Source: Glycera tridactyla
Lineage: Eukaryota
Assembly (NCBI GenBank): GCA_965644265.1
Contig: OZ286469.1
Coordinates: 75,206,001 to 75,270,000 of the forward strand
Length of the DNA: 64,000 nt
Direction of reading: 5' to 3'
Shown here: positions 38,023-49,510 of the stretch, piece after piece
How positions within the stretch are numbered: the stretch's first letter is position 1
How the letters are laid out: each line of letters starts with the position of its first letter
The notes under the pieces: model-generated
What the model was told of the DNA's origin: nothing
Databases searched by the model: none
Seen by the model: the letters and a program-made list of their open reading frames with translations, nothing else
Program-made: the position numbers and the translations under genes

Positions 38023-38109
38023 ATGTTATCACGGTGTTTACTCAGCTCAAGATGCGCTGTATTTAAATCGCTCGGTTACAGCTCGAAGTTTGCTTCCACT
38101 GCTAAACAG
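38023..38109 (+). CDS. COX15: COX15 exon 1, mitochondrial presequence ([29 protein letters not shown])
   Basis: R/S/L-rich leader without acidic residues; AAAATG start context; CAG|GTAAGC donor. Confidence 0.8.
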
Positions 38110-41100
38110 GTAAGCATTTCACTGACCGTGTGTGTTGGACTGACTTTATCAACTGACAGCTGACAGACATGTTATGAAACAGAGGTTTGTTGATTCTGAC
38201 TTATGATGATGGGTATGTCTGGGTGTGCATCCCTCAGGCTCAGTGCCATAGCACATGTCATTCTCATATTTGTTGGTGGGGAATGCATTTCTGGTACACA
38301 GAACTTCTCATTTGAATGCAGTGGTGCCTTTGAATGAGATTGTCAAACTTATGTAACTACCTCTGAGAAAGTTATGTAAGCATCAAGTTTTTCATCTACA
38401 GGACTCCATCACCTAGGTAGTAAGGACAACGGGTTTTGGACTTTTCAGGAAATCTTATGCAAACTATATATCACTATAAAGAATAAATGGAAAGAAACAC
38501 AACAGTGCAAAAATCATGTTGATACACCGATTATTAAGGATAATATGGCCTTTTTTCAAAAATTCGTGAGTGAGACTTTTCTGCCGATTTTGAGATAAAT
38601 TTGGATTTTGGGTTTCCTTCCAAAAAACCCTAAAATATTTTGGAAAAACACAGTTCTTTGACATCTGGTGAAAGCCTGAAGCAAAACCTTGACATAAGTG
38701 AAAGAATTAACATGTTTCCTTCATTTATGGCTGAGATATAGCCTCCTGAATAGCAAACCAGAACACCATTTTAAGTGGTGTCCTAGTTTGTTGCCGCAAA
38801 TTTCAAATCTCTCTCGCAAAAGAAACTTAAATCTTCTGGCATGCCATACATATTTGGTACCAGCTGAAAGCTTGGAAAGAGAACTCATTACCAGTGAAGG
38901 ATTTGATCTGATATGTCCATTCATGACAGAGATATAGCCATTTGAATTATTAGCTAGGAGGACATTGTCACTGATGCCAAAGTTCACATTTGTGAATTTC
39001 AAAATCTCAAGACCCAAATTTTAAATATTCAGAAAACTATACATATTTGGTACCAGCTGAAAGCTTGAAGCAGCACCCTGTCATTTCTGAAAGAATTGGC
39101 CTGATATGTTCATTTATGGCAGAGTTACAGCCATTTGAATAACAATCCAGGATGAAATCTCCATTTTTGGGGGTGCTGACGAGGGATAGTGTTTTGCTTT
39201 GTGGTTTGGGCAACGTTGGGCAACATGCCACTTGCACATTCAGCACATCATTTTTTTCTACAGAACCTGGGCTTCCTGAAAAACATCCTTTCACTATCCT
39301 TTCGGGCACAGCATCAAGGTGAAAAAATGCTCTAAACATTGGGAAAGTTTGAGGCATGATGCGACTATATACAGAGGCCGAAACTCAACAAAATTCACAT
39401 CCAGTGAGAGTGCATCAAGTTCTGAGTGTGATTGGCTTGGTTTCCATCCCATAATCAGGAAATCCAATGAGGAGTGATACTTGAAATGAGACCTGCTTCG
39501 ATCTGAAATCAAGTGTCAGCCCCCATGCTGGATTGAATTTTCACTGACACCCCATGTTTGGGCACCCAGATTTCCACCAAATAAATACAGAATTAATGTA
39601 ACTAAGGCACGGATCAAGTGGGCAACATCTCAAGTGTGTTCTGTGCAAATTTCGTGGCAATTGTATGAAAACTCTTGATGCAATCAGCAATTCACATGGA
39701 GCATTTTAACATGGTGACAGATAGGGATCGCGGAATCGGCGATATCGTTGGCCTCGCTAACCTAGGAGTATTCATGCTAGTCCCAGCTCTCACTGGGCAG
39801 TGAAAATGGATTGGCCCAGAAACATAAAATCATGTCCATGTATACTTTCCTGTAAATGCATGGAGTTGACAAATCAATAATGATGATAATAATACCATCA
39901 TAATAATGATAATAAATGTATCACTGATGATCATAGAATAATGAACGCTGTTCATTTATCATATATTTGAATGAAATGTGTAGAAATGGAATTTATTTAC
40001 TCTATTTTGTCCTTGTATGCATATGTTACATCCACACACAAGCGCTTATCTGCCTCTCCTTTCCTAACCCCTCCACTCTCCCCTCTATGGTACTGTAGGG
40101 GTTGATTCCAGAGGCAGCTCATCTGACCCTCTATTAGTTGCACAGATCTCTCCCCCATGACAGTAGCTGAAATTCTCACTGTCTTTTATTCTCAAGCCCT
40201 CAAACATCCATAGTTGGAGCTCATCCCCTCTTCCTTATTGCAGAGTCTTCAAACATTCAAAGTATTGACAGCACAACAATCTTCAACATTCAGCAGCCTT
40301 GTTGGAAAATGTTCGCTCATTCCAAAGCAGGTATGTGCATGTGTGTTATTTGCTCCACTGTGGTAAGGATGTACGATGGAGCATATATACCCAGTGGGAA
40401 ATGTGCTGTGGTACTTGGTCATAGTATAATCATATTCAGTGTTCTGAGGATTCCTGTAGTTTCGGAATTGGCAATTTTAAGATCAAGCCTGGAAATATAG
40501 AAAAATGATGAGATTTTGTATGCAATTTCCTCGAAGTCTTAGAGCTTGCTGGAAGTTCCACTTTTTTGTGGTCAAACAGTTTCAACAGAAACACATCTCA
40601 ATCACGAATCCAAAGTGAGATTGCCTGTGTAATGATCATGCCACATGAAAGATTCAATTTGGAGAAGATATTGGGGTGGACTATTGTGAATAGGCCAATA
40701 CCAGCAGAGATATCACACAAATTGTGTCGATCAGGGGTCATGTTCACCTGTCAGCCATTCAGCAGTAACAGCCTCTTGGAACCTGTAAAGAGCCCTTGAT
40801 GCCTGGGTGGTGGTGGCAGCACTGTATGATTGTATAATGCATCACATGCCACAAGGTGCACCAGACATGCTCTCACTTGTCAGGTGGCCGGTGGAAATGA
40901 GAAATCTTGCTTAGATTATCAGGACAAGACAAGATAGCAACTAACCTCTCCGAGGTTAGGTAGATTCTTGTGTCATGTAAAACCATTTCAACTGATGAAA
41001 TGATAATCCATAATATAGCTACTTCGATAATGTATGCAGTCTTCACGAAAAACTTTTTCAGCCACTCTCCCATCGGGAGAGCAGATTGGGAGAATCACTC

Positions 41101-44100
41101 TCCCGAAAATGAATTCACTCTCGAATTTGTGCAAGTCCCACTGATACATATTTTCCTGAGGTTAGTTCTTCAGAATCATACATGTGCAGGCAAATGCAAA
41201 GCCTACTCACAGGGACCAGGTATTATTGTTGTAATCAAAATTGTGGTGTTCTGTCTTCACAGAAAATCCATCACTCTCACATCAACTGAAAAATTTCCAC
41301 TCTCCCATCGGGAGAGTGAGTTGGAAGTTTCACTTTCCCGAAACCAAATCCACTCCCCGGGATTCGGGAGAGTGCTAAATTTGAAGACTGTGTATGACTG
41401 ACAGATAAATAGACTATTTTTCCATGGTTATCCGATGGCATGGCTGGTGAACCCTATGACAAGAGACTACCTCTGATGGGAGACTGATTCCTCAGGGCAA
41501 CTTTTATGTTGGAGAATAATTCAACTGTCCCACTGAAAATTCATCACCCATGAACTATGCAAGCTGTCATATGTGAAAGATATACAAGTTGCTTGGAGAC
41601 TGGTAGCTCTGATATCTGGACATAGTAAGTAGCTAATGTTCTGATATGAGCATGCAAGTTTTCACAATTGACTGCTATGAGTATGGGCCAGTGGAGAAAA
41701 ATATTCTACGTGCCTCATTTCTTGCAGGTCATTGCTCCTCTCCGACAGACAGCTACCCAGGCTGGAAAAGTGGCAGCTGAGCGCGCATTCCCCGATATCT
41801 CAGAACATGCACAAAAAGTGGTTGGTAGATGGTTGGCGGTGTGTTCAGGGATGGTGTTTGGAGCAGTCTGTATAGGTGGTCTAACAAGGTTTGTATCTGT
41901 ATATCACAAAACAAGCCATGAATGTTGTATCACTCATATATTAGGTACTAACATGAATGAAGTATATGATGTCATACTATGATTGCATCTGAATTATCGA
42001 AATAGATTTGCCATCACATTCGAAGGGCTATAGATAATGATGGAGTGGAGAATAAGTACCAATATATTTATCATCTGTATTCCTTGAGATAAAATAGGTC
42101 ATGGTCCCTAACCACGGATGTCAGATTTATATGTGTTCTCGCGCTGGATACACTCAGATATGACAGAATTAGGCTGGTGACATTCGTCCCATATGCACAT
42201 GTGATCCTTCAACCCTGCTTACAGGGCATGACAGTGTGAGCGCATCCTTCTGTGTGTCTGTTTGCAAGACATCATTTTGGGGGAATGATTCTGTAGTTGG
42301 CGGAAAATTGTCAGCTTTATTTGCCTTTTTATTTACCTGGTGAAGTCAAACCTGTTCAAGGGATCAGCTCTCTAGAAGAGGCTACCCTGAGCTGTGACAG
42401 TATTTTCAACTGTGAATGACCTCTCTACAATGGTCACTTTTTTAGGTGACCGAAGGTGATCATTGTAGACAGGTTTAACTATACAATATCTATTTCTTTG
42501 TTGTGAGTGTGCTGTGACTGATAAGCATTGGTGTACATTTACAGGTTGACAGAATCCGGTCTTTCTATAACCAAATGGGATCCGATATCCGGCACAATGC
42601 CACCGCTCAATGAGAAGCAATGGGAGGAAGAATTTGAGAAGTACAAGGCATATCCAGAATACAAATAGTAAGTGAAACCTACATTAATGATGCATGAATG
42701 TGATAGGGAGCTGCAATGTTTCTCTGGGGGTGATTGGTGCTATAAGTTATATACACTCAGTTTGTTCTACCCTAAGATCAGAAAAGTTGTGAGGTGTGTA
42801 TAATTGCAAAAATTTGGATTTTGATATTTTGTGGCTGGTGATTTTGTTGCAGCTTGGAACGAGATTTGACGATGAAGGATTTCAAGTTTATCTACTTCAT
42901 GGAATGGTTTCACCGGAACTGGGGCCGAGCCACAGGCATGGTGTTTCTCTTGCCAGCTATCTATTTCTGGAGGAAGGGGTATTTGGCAAAAGCAATGCGA
43001 CCACGAATCCTTATTTATGGTGTTCTTCTTGCTTCACAGGTACCATTTGATTTTTTAACAACTGGCAGTGTTTCTCACAAGTGCATTCCAGTGTATTCAG
43101 ATCAGATTGGAATGTAAACTCCCCTCCAAAAAAAAGCTGCCAAAAGCCATCACTGCTACGTATATTTGCTCAGTACCAAGCTGTTTGTGATTTCCGATGT
43201 TTTTCAGACATATCGTGAGTTGAAGAGGTTGTGACCCTCCTATCCCCATGTCTACGTTTTTTATCTCTCCACCTGAGAATTTACAGCCCCTCCCCCCCCC
43301 CTTTTCCCAACATTGAATGCAGGCATATTGTTTACCCTGGAATTCTTAACCCTACAGAACTTTACTGCCCAATCAGACTGGCAAAAGCACTTCCGTCCTG
43401 TCGTCAACCGCCCCACAATTCTGCAAACCCCAAATGTCAGATGCAGGAGGTCAACATCAGCTCCCTTACCCCCAACATCTGGATTTCACAGCACCTCATC
43501 CTCAATCAATTTTTCGACAGCTTATGACCCTGGAACCCGAATGGATTTTCACTCCACAGCATTGAATCGGATAACCCTGGGTGTATCTGGTACAGTTGAA
43601 CTTGTCCTAAGCACGAAGACAAAGGAAGTGATGAAATCATTTGCTTAGAGCAAGTTCATGCTTAGTAAGGTCATTTTTAGTGAAAAATTCTCTGGTAGGA
43701 TGAACAGAAATTTGTTGCTTAAGGCAAGTTCTTGCTTAGGACAAGTTTGACTGTGTCTCTGTAATCATCTCTATGTTTGCTCCACTTCAGGCAGTGATGG
43801 GAATTGTGATGGTGAATAGTGGATTGGAGGACCGGCCGGACTCCCATGAAATGCCTCGTGTCAGCTCCTACCGTCTCGCCTCACATCTTGGACTGGCACT
43901 CTTCCTTTATGTCAACTTTGTCTGGTCATCTCTCTTACATTTATTACCTCCTGCTAAGGCGAGTTATCATATTCTTCCACAAAACTCATGTTTGCTGGTT
44001 GTTAGTATGGAATAAACTTAGTCTGAGCCCTACTGTCACTGATTGGATAGGTTTTTCAAATCTTTGAGGGTTTCATACTATTAATAGATTTTAAAAACTG

Positions 44101-47100
44101 TTCATGAACCCTGCACCAGTATCAAAATTTACTTGCAAATTCATGAAAACATATAAGATATACATTTGAATAATTGAAACAAATTCATGTCCACCCACTG
44201 CATCTATTGGGAAGATGGCAGCCATGATCGATCTGTGGACTCTGGATGAGGTGGAACTTCAAAATAGGAAGTAGAACTATTACATTTTTATCCTAAGTTT
44301 TGTTTGAATACAGAAATATCCGTCAGGAGCTGAGATAATATATTGTATCAAAGCACACATTGATAGAAAGCTCAGAGATGTGCAGGAATTGTGAACTTTT
44401 AATTTTTTGTTTCCGGATGAATCATTGTGATCATGATCATTCTTACCATAGCTATTAATCCAATGATTTCATGAGCAGAGAATACTAATTGACATTTTTT
44501 TTCTTTCTTTTGTAGGATTTAGCCAAGGTAAGACTCACTTCTCATATTCTATTTATTATCGCATCATCTTGCTGTATAGGCAGCTCACAGTGGCGCGAGT
44601 GATATCTTCTGCAAAATTTCTTGAAGTGAAATATGTTTTGCCTGGCAAATAGCTGATAGCCTTGGATCATTTTCCGGATACATGTATCTGGCATACTCGG
44701 TGTATCAAGAACAGTCGATGGAAATGATAGATCCATTGTAGCAGTATGATTAGGGACCAATCTCCCAAATCCAGTGCAAGCTGACTGAGATGTAAAAAGC
44801 TGCCTGTGTGTATAGGAGTGAAATCCCGTTTGCTCATTAAACAAGCTGCTGTCTTTCAGGATTGCTCTGGCAGTGGTGCCTCTTTTCTTCAGAATTTGCA
44901 TTTCTACGGTTTGATATAACCCAAGCTAGTTGAAAGTATGTCAAATTCGAACAAACTAACAAATAAACCTAATCTAAACTAATCCATGGGCTTGATGACA
45001 ATGATAACAACTGGCTGTGAGCTATGTGGATTATATAATTTCATTGAAATGCTTGTCCCTAGCTATTGGAAGTGCTGCTGATGATTCCTCATCTTACTCT
45101 ACATACATGTATATATTATAGATATGCTATGTTTTATCACTTGTGCAAGATTCATTCATTCATTCATTGTTACAGTAAATGTATAGCCGATATTGATCCA
45201 CTGTGGTCATTACAGGTCTTGATCTCCCTGAATGAAGGAAACTCCAATCTTGCTCATGATTTTGCTTTCAGTTTGTCAAAACTAAACAAGTAGCCAAGTT
45301 GAGTGGACTCACACATGCTGCTATGGGATTGGTCTTCTTCACAGCTCTGTCAGGTATTTTAATAGCATCTTGCATAGCTTGAGAATGAGCAAGAATTCAT
45401 ACTAATTGACATACTATATCATCTTACATCATCGGCTAGTGTAAAGACACCTATTGATTTTGGGGCAGCCATCTTGAATTTCAAGTCAAAATTGTTTTTG
45501 GAAAATAATTTGAAAAGTTCCAGGGCTAGCCATCTCAATCCTGGTGCATAGGCTCTCCTATGGGCGGCCATCTTGAATTTCAAGGTCATTGAGTGCAAGA
45601 ACGTATTGGTTTCATTTCTGTATCTCGCTTCTCATCCTGTGACATCCATGCACTCAGCAGGGCATTCACACTCACTGAGTGCGCCTGGTTTGTATCAATT
45701 CTGAGTTCGTTGGCATTTTTGGATTGCACCACTGGGTGACTATAACTTTTTTAAGGCAATCAGAGACAACAATGGCAATAACATCAACAAGAAGGCATCA
45801 ATTCTCAGTAGCCAGTGAAATTGTTCTGGGATTGTTTGCAAAAAATGCTCCCTCCTCTGAAATCTGAGGAGCCAAATTTTGCCGATTTTGGGAATCCTGG
45901 ATGTAATCCTGCATCATTCTCTCTTCATGTTACAGGTGCCTTTGTAGCTGCTCTGGATGCAGGTCTTGTATACAACAGCTGGCCTAAGTTTGCTGACCGT
46001 TGGATCCCCAGTGATCTCTGGGCATTGGAACCAAAATGGAAGAACTTCTTTGAGCACCACACGATGACACAATTCAACCATCGTCACTTGGTATGTATAC
46101 CATATACGCATTGCTCTATACCTGGCCATTACTCCAAACACCCAAATTTCTGTATTACTAGTTGGGAGCTAAAAACCTACACATTTGTGACCAGTTGGGG
46201 GTTGTCATTTCCCGGTTTGATTGATTTGTTAGAAATTCAAAACCAATAGGATGTGCAATTTGGATTGATTTTTATAATTTAGTGCTACTGGTAGTAAATT
46301 GAGACATTTTCAGCAAGCTCAATCACATTTCAAAAATATCTGTCTGTCTAATTGCAGTTATGTGGATAAAATCATCATTGCCTTTTCTGAATTCGAGTCT
46401 GTCGACCTTGTCCAAATTAAAAATTGAATACTGGAGAGGATATCTCGATACTAAATACTAGAGAAGAAACAGGTTGTTTCCACCATGTAATCTCTGACTA
46501 ATCTACATCTCATGAGTTATGAGTTGACCCCACTTTCGATCGGGACAGGGGCTGATAATTCTTCTACCAAAGTACCAGGAAAATTTCCAAAAGTCATGTG
46601 ATCCCAATTCATCCTTGAGTTCTCTGATGATGTAACAAAGTGGTATTTGCTGATAAAATGGTGAGTTGGTACCTTGATCTTTCTTTTCTTTTTGATAGGT
46701 GTACTGTGCACTGCCAAACTGATAATCTCCTTAGTTTTCAGAACATTGAGTTTGTTTCTTCTCACGTTATCCCATGTCATATTTTCAGGGTGAGTTTACT
46801 GGTTGCCTCGTCCTTGGTTTGTGGTTTATCAGCCGACGAACACCGTTACCAGCACGAGCAAAGATAGCAATGAATGTTTTTGCTGGCGTGACACTTTTCC
46901 AGGTGAGTGCGTGTGTGTGTGTGTGCTTGTGTGTGTGTGCATGTGTGCGTGCGTGTGTGTGTGTGCTTCATTCATGATGAACACTTATGTCAGGATCTTC
47001 ATTGTTCAAATGATTGGCGAGTCACCACAAAATTTGATTACTGGTCAGAATGACAAAATAATCTTAAAGTTCTCTGCGTAATAGATAAATCAACAAATAT

Positions 47101-47523
47101 TGAAAAAATCTGCTCACTGTTTAACAGAAAGACTGGAGATTTGGGTCTGTCCATGTTTCATTGGCGATAGGGGGCAGATAGGAAGCAATTTCAGAATTCA
47201 GGAGTGGGTTTCTCGCAGGATATTTAATTAGGAGCAGGGGGAGCGAGATCTTAATTCCGGGGTATGTGAATGATGTCGATCCTCTGCATTTGGAATTCCA
47301 GGGTGGTCATAATCGTGGAGATGTGTTTTGGGGTTGGAGGTCAGAATTTCTCACTCATGTTTTCATCATCTGCTTTTATCTTTCGTTTCAGATTTCACTT
47401 GGAATCGCTACATTATTGGCATATGTGCCAGTCTGGCTTGCTGCCACACATCAGAGTAATTCTGTTGCACTTCTCACCACAGCAGTATGGGCTGCACAGG
47501 AACTCAAACGTATTCCCAAATGA
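38023..47523 (+). CDS. COX15: Heme A synthase COX15, 10 coding exons, 1296 nt, 431 aa
   Basis: Exons 38023-38109, 40244-40330, 41728-41888, 42545-42667, 42853-43039, 43791-43958, 45272-45353, 45936-46090, 46789-46902 and 47392-47523 join in frame. Motifs [44 protein letters not shown] and ATHQ are present. Lengths of exons 4-9 (123/187/168/82/155/114) match human COX15 as I recall it. Confidence 0.95.
38400..39450. mobile_element. Non-autonomous DNA transposon-like element with internal direct repeats, COX15 intron 1
   Basis: ACATATTTGGTACCAGCTGAAAGCTT twice; TCATTTATGGC.GAG.TA.AGCC-type motif three times. Confidence 0.5.
40244..40330 (+). CDS. COX15: COX15 probable exon 2, leader region ([29 protein letters not shown])
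   Basis: 87 nt, open, phase 0-0; TTCCTTATTGCAG| and CAG|GTATGT boundaries. No homology support. Confidence 0.6.
41037..41390. mobile_element. 354-bp MITE with CAGTCTTCA terminal inverted repeats and 6-bp target duplication TGTATG
   Basis: TGTATG at 41031-41036 and 41391-41396; internal palindromic CACTCTCCCATCGGGAGAG repeats. Confidence 0.8.
41728..41888 (+). CDS. COX15: COX15 exon 3 (...[23 protein letters not shown])
   Basis: First transmembrane helix motif; CTTGCAG| and AG|GTTTGT boundaries. Confidence 0.92.
42344..42480. mobile_element. Tc1/mariner-type MITE
   Basis: Inverted termini AGTCAAACCTGT and ACAGGTTTAACT. Confidence 0.65.
42545..42667 (+). CDS. COX15: COX15 exon 4 ([20 protein letters not shown]...EY)
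   Basis: 123 nt; TTACAG| and TA|GTAAGT boundaries. Confidence 0.95.
42853..43039 (+). CDS. COX15: COX15 exon 5 (...[16 protein letters not shown]...SQ)
   Basis: 187 nt; E..HR motif. Confidence 0.95.
43593..43753. mobile_element. Tc1/mariner-type MITE just upstream of COX15 exon 6
   Basis: Inverted termini CAGTTGAACTTGTCCTAAGCA and TGCTTAGGACAAGTTTGACTG; TA on the left flank. Confidence 0.75.
43791..43958 (+). CDS. COX15: COX15 exon 6 ([13 protein letters not shown]...[13 protein letters not shown]...PPAK), GC donor
   Basis: 168 nt if the donor is AAG|GCGAGT; the frame then joins the next exon. Confidence 0.88.
45272..45353 (+). CDS. COX15: COX15 exon 7 ([27 protein letters not shown])
   Basis: 82 nt; CTTTCAG| and CAG|GTATTT boundaries. 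Confidence 0.9.
45936..46090 (+). CDS. COX15: COX15 exon 8 ([23 protein letters not shown]...QFNHRHL)
   Basis: 155 nt; TTACAG| and TTG|GTATGT boundaries. Confidence 0.95.
46789..46902 (+). CDS. COX15: COX15 exon 9 ([17 protein letters not shown]...FQ)
   Basis: 114 nt; TTTTCAG| and CAG|GTGAGT boundaries. Confidence 0.9.
47392..47523 (+). CDS. COX15: COX15 exon 10, terminal ([21 protein letters not shown]...RIPK*)
   Basis: LGI.TLL..VP..LAA.HQ motif; TGA at 47521-47523. Confidence 0.95.
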   Translation: MSLGIATLLAYVPVWLAATHQSNSVALLTTAVWAAQELKRIPK

Positions 47524-49510
47524 GAACATTGCCACAGCTTTTTATACTCAGTGAAGGAAAACCTAAAGATCATGCCACTGGGAGGATTCATGTATGAGCT
47601 ACTCCTGAGAAGCTGACCACATTATGAACTGCAAATAGGAGAGGTCATGAGCTTACATCAATTTTGTATTGATAGGGAGTAACTTTCTCTGCTTATATTG
47701 CTTCAGTTAGTCAAAATATGCTTATGATGTAGCATCACAACCAGGTGTGTCCTGTGCATCTGGTGTTGGAAAAGAGACAGATGATTTGTAAAAGGATTTT
47801 GGCTGTGGAAGTTTGAGGTTCTCACCTAGGATCAATTCGTATTTATAGGATATTCACTTAGAAGAAAGTTTTGATTGAAGGCCATTTATTAAGTGTTAGA
47901 ATACCCAGTATGATGTAGGCTGTACCTATTTTGCAGTGGCAATCCAGGACAGAGATGTTACTTATAGTTGATTCACAATATATTCCTGAATTAATATTGT
48001 TCTCATGCACTCCCTGTATTGTATCTGCAACCACTTTAGTATACCACCTTTACCAACTGTGTTATGAGATGTAGGTACATCCGTGTATGAACTGACAGTT
48101 ACATTTCCGTCACAACACCTCTGCCTCCACATCATACATGATCAAAATTGGTAGATCTGGAACACTGTGCACACATAATCACATGGGTGTACAGTGAGAC
48201 CTGCGACGAGCGACCACCCTAAAAAGCACGAAAAAGTGGTCGTTCAAAAGAGGTGGTCGTTCGTCGCAGGTTAAATCAGCTGTGCCCGGTCGAGAAGACA
48301 TGGATACATTACCAAATACTCCCAATATCGCCCAGTAACCTTTCGCTGGATTGACATCGATCTTCGCCGAATCCTTTGAATACTACCAGTGACTCTCTGA
48401 ACCATCATCAGCAATATTTGATGCATAGAATGTGATTGATGATTGAAGAGCGGAAGAATGCCTTCCGCTTGTTGATTCAGGATTGAGAATTTTCTATGAC
48501 TTTTTGAAAGCTTGACGCTGTGAGTGGAAACAAATTGTCATTGTGGCCCAAACTACATAAGATTCATCCTGTTTTGCACTATGTTCTAAAGAGTCTATGA
48601 GGGTTTGTGATTTATTTATGTTCTCTAGTGCCATGAAATTTAGTTTGAATGGTTGAAGTTGATAGATTAGTCTCAGTTGTAGTGGAGCTCGTGATAGATA
48701 TGAAATTATGAGTTATGAGAATGAAAAAAGATAAAAACTTGAAAGTTTCCTCCCTATATACTTTCGGAATGTGTTTCCCTATTTAGAAATATTCAATTGA
48801 ATATTGGGTAACAAACATACTGAATCATCCATGAGCACTTGTAGTGAGAAACGCAGTGAATCCTGTGGTGAGGAAGCCCAGATGAAGTATTTGATTTCGT
48901 CACAAGCATGCATGTATGGTATGCCAGTTTGTGATTTATTGCCATTTGTTAAGATACATTTTTTCTTTCAAAGTCTGAGCATTTCTCAAAAAGTATTTTT
49001 ATCAGGCTTGGGTGTCAGCTTTCAGCCAATTGCATATTTAGATATGCTGTCTTTAGGTTCATCATGTTCATGTAAGACAGGTAGAGGTGTGTCTGAAAGT
49101 GTCAGCTTTGCCACTTGAGAACCTTTCAGGTTCCTCATCATCTTGTGTTAAGTGTCTGTGAGAGTGATGTCTGCAGGAGATAGCATATCTAACTTTCATG
49201 GACCAGTAAGACACTGTACATTTCATCCTTTGGGTTGATACATGCCGTTGGTCTTTGATCAATCCAGACTGACCTGATAACACAACACTCACGGAATTCC
49301 ACTGGATGACACACGCTGTTGAGCAGCACTGAATCAGTCATTCATCATGTCTTAGTCTCATCTCTCTTGGGTTTTCTTTGACAAATGTATCTGTTATTAT
49401 ATAAAATCTCACAGGTCATTGATCTTTTCGGACCAAGCACACCAGTCCTGGGTTACTAGGGCTGATGACTAGGTTACTAGGATGTGTGATGGCATCGTAC
49501 TGCGAGTATA

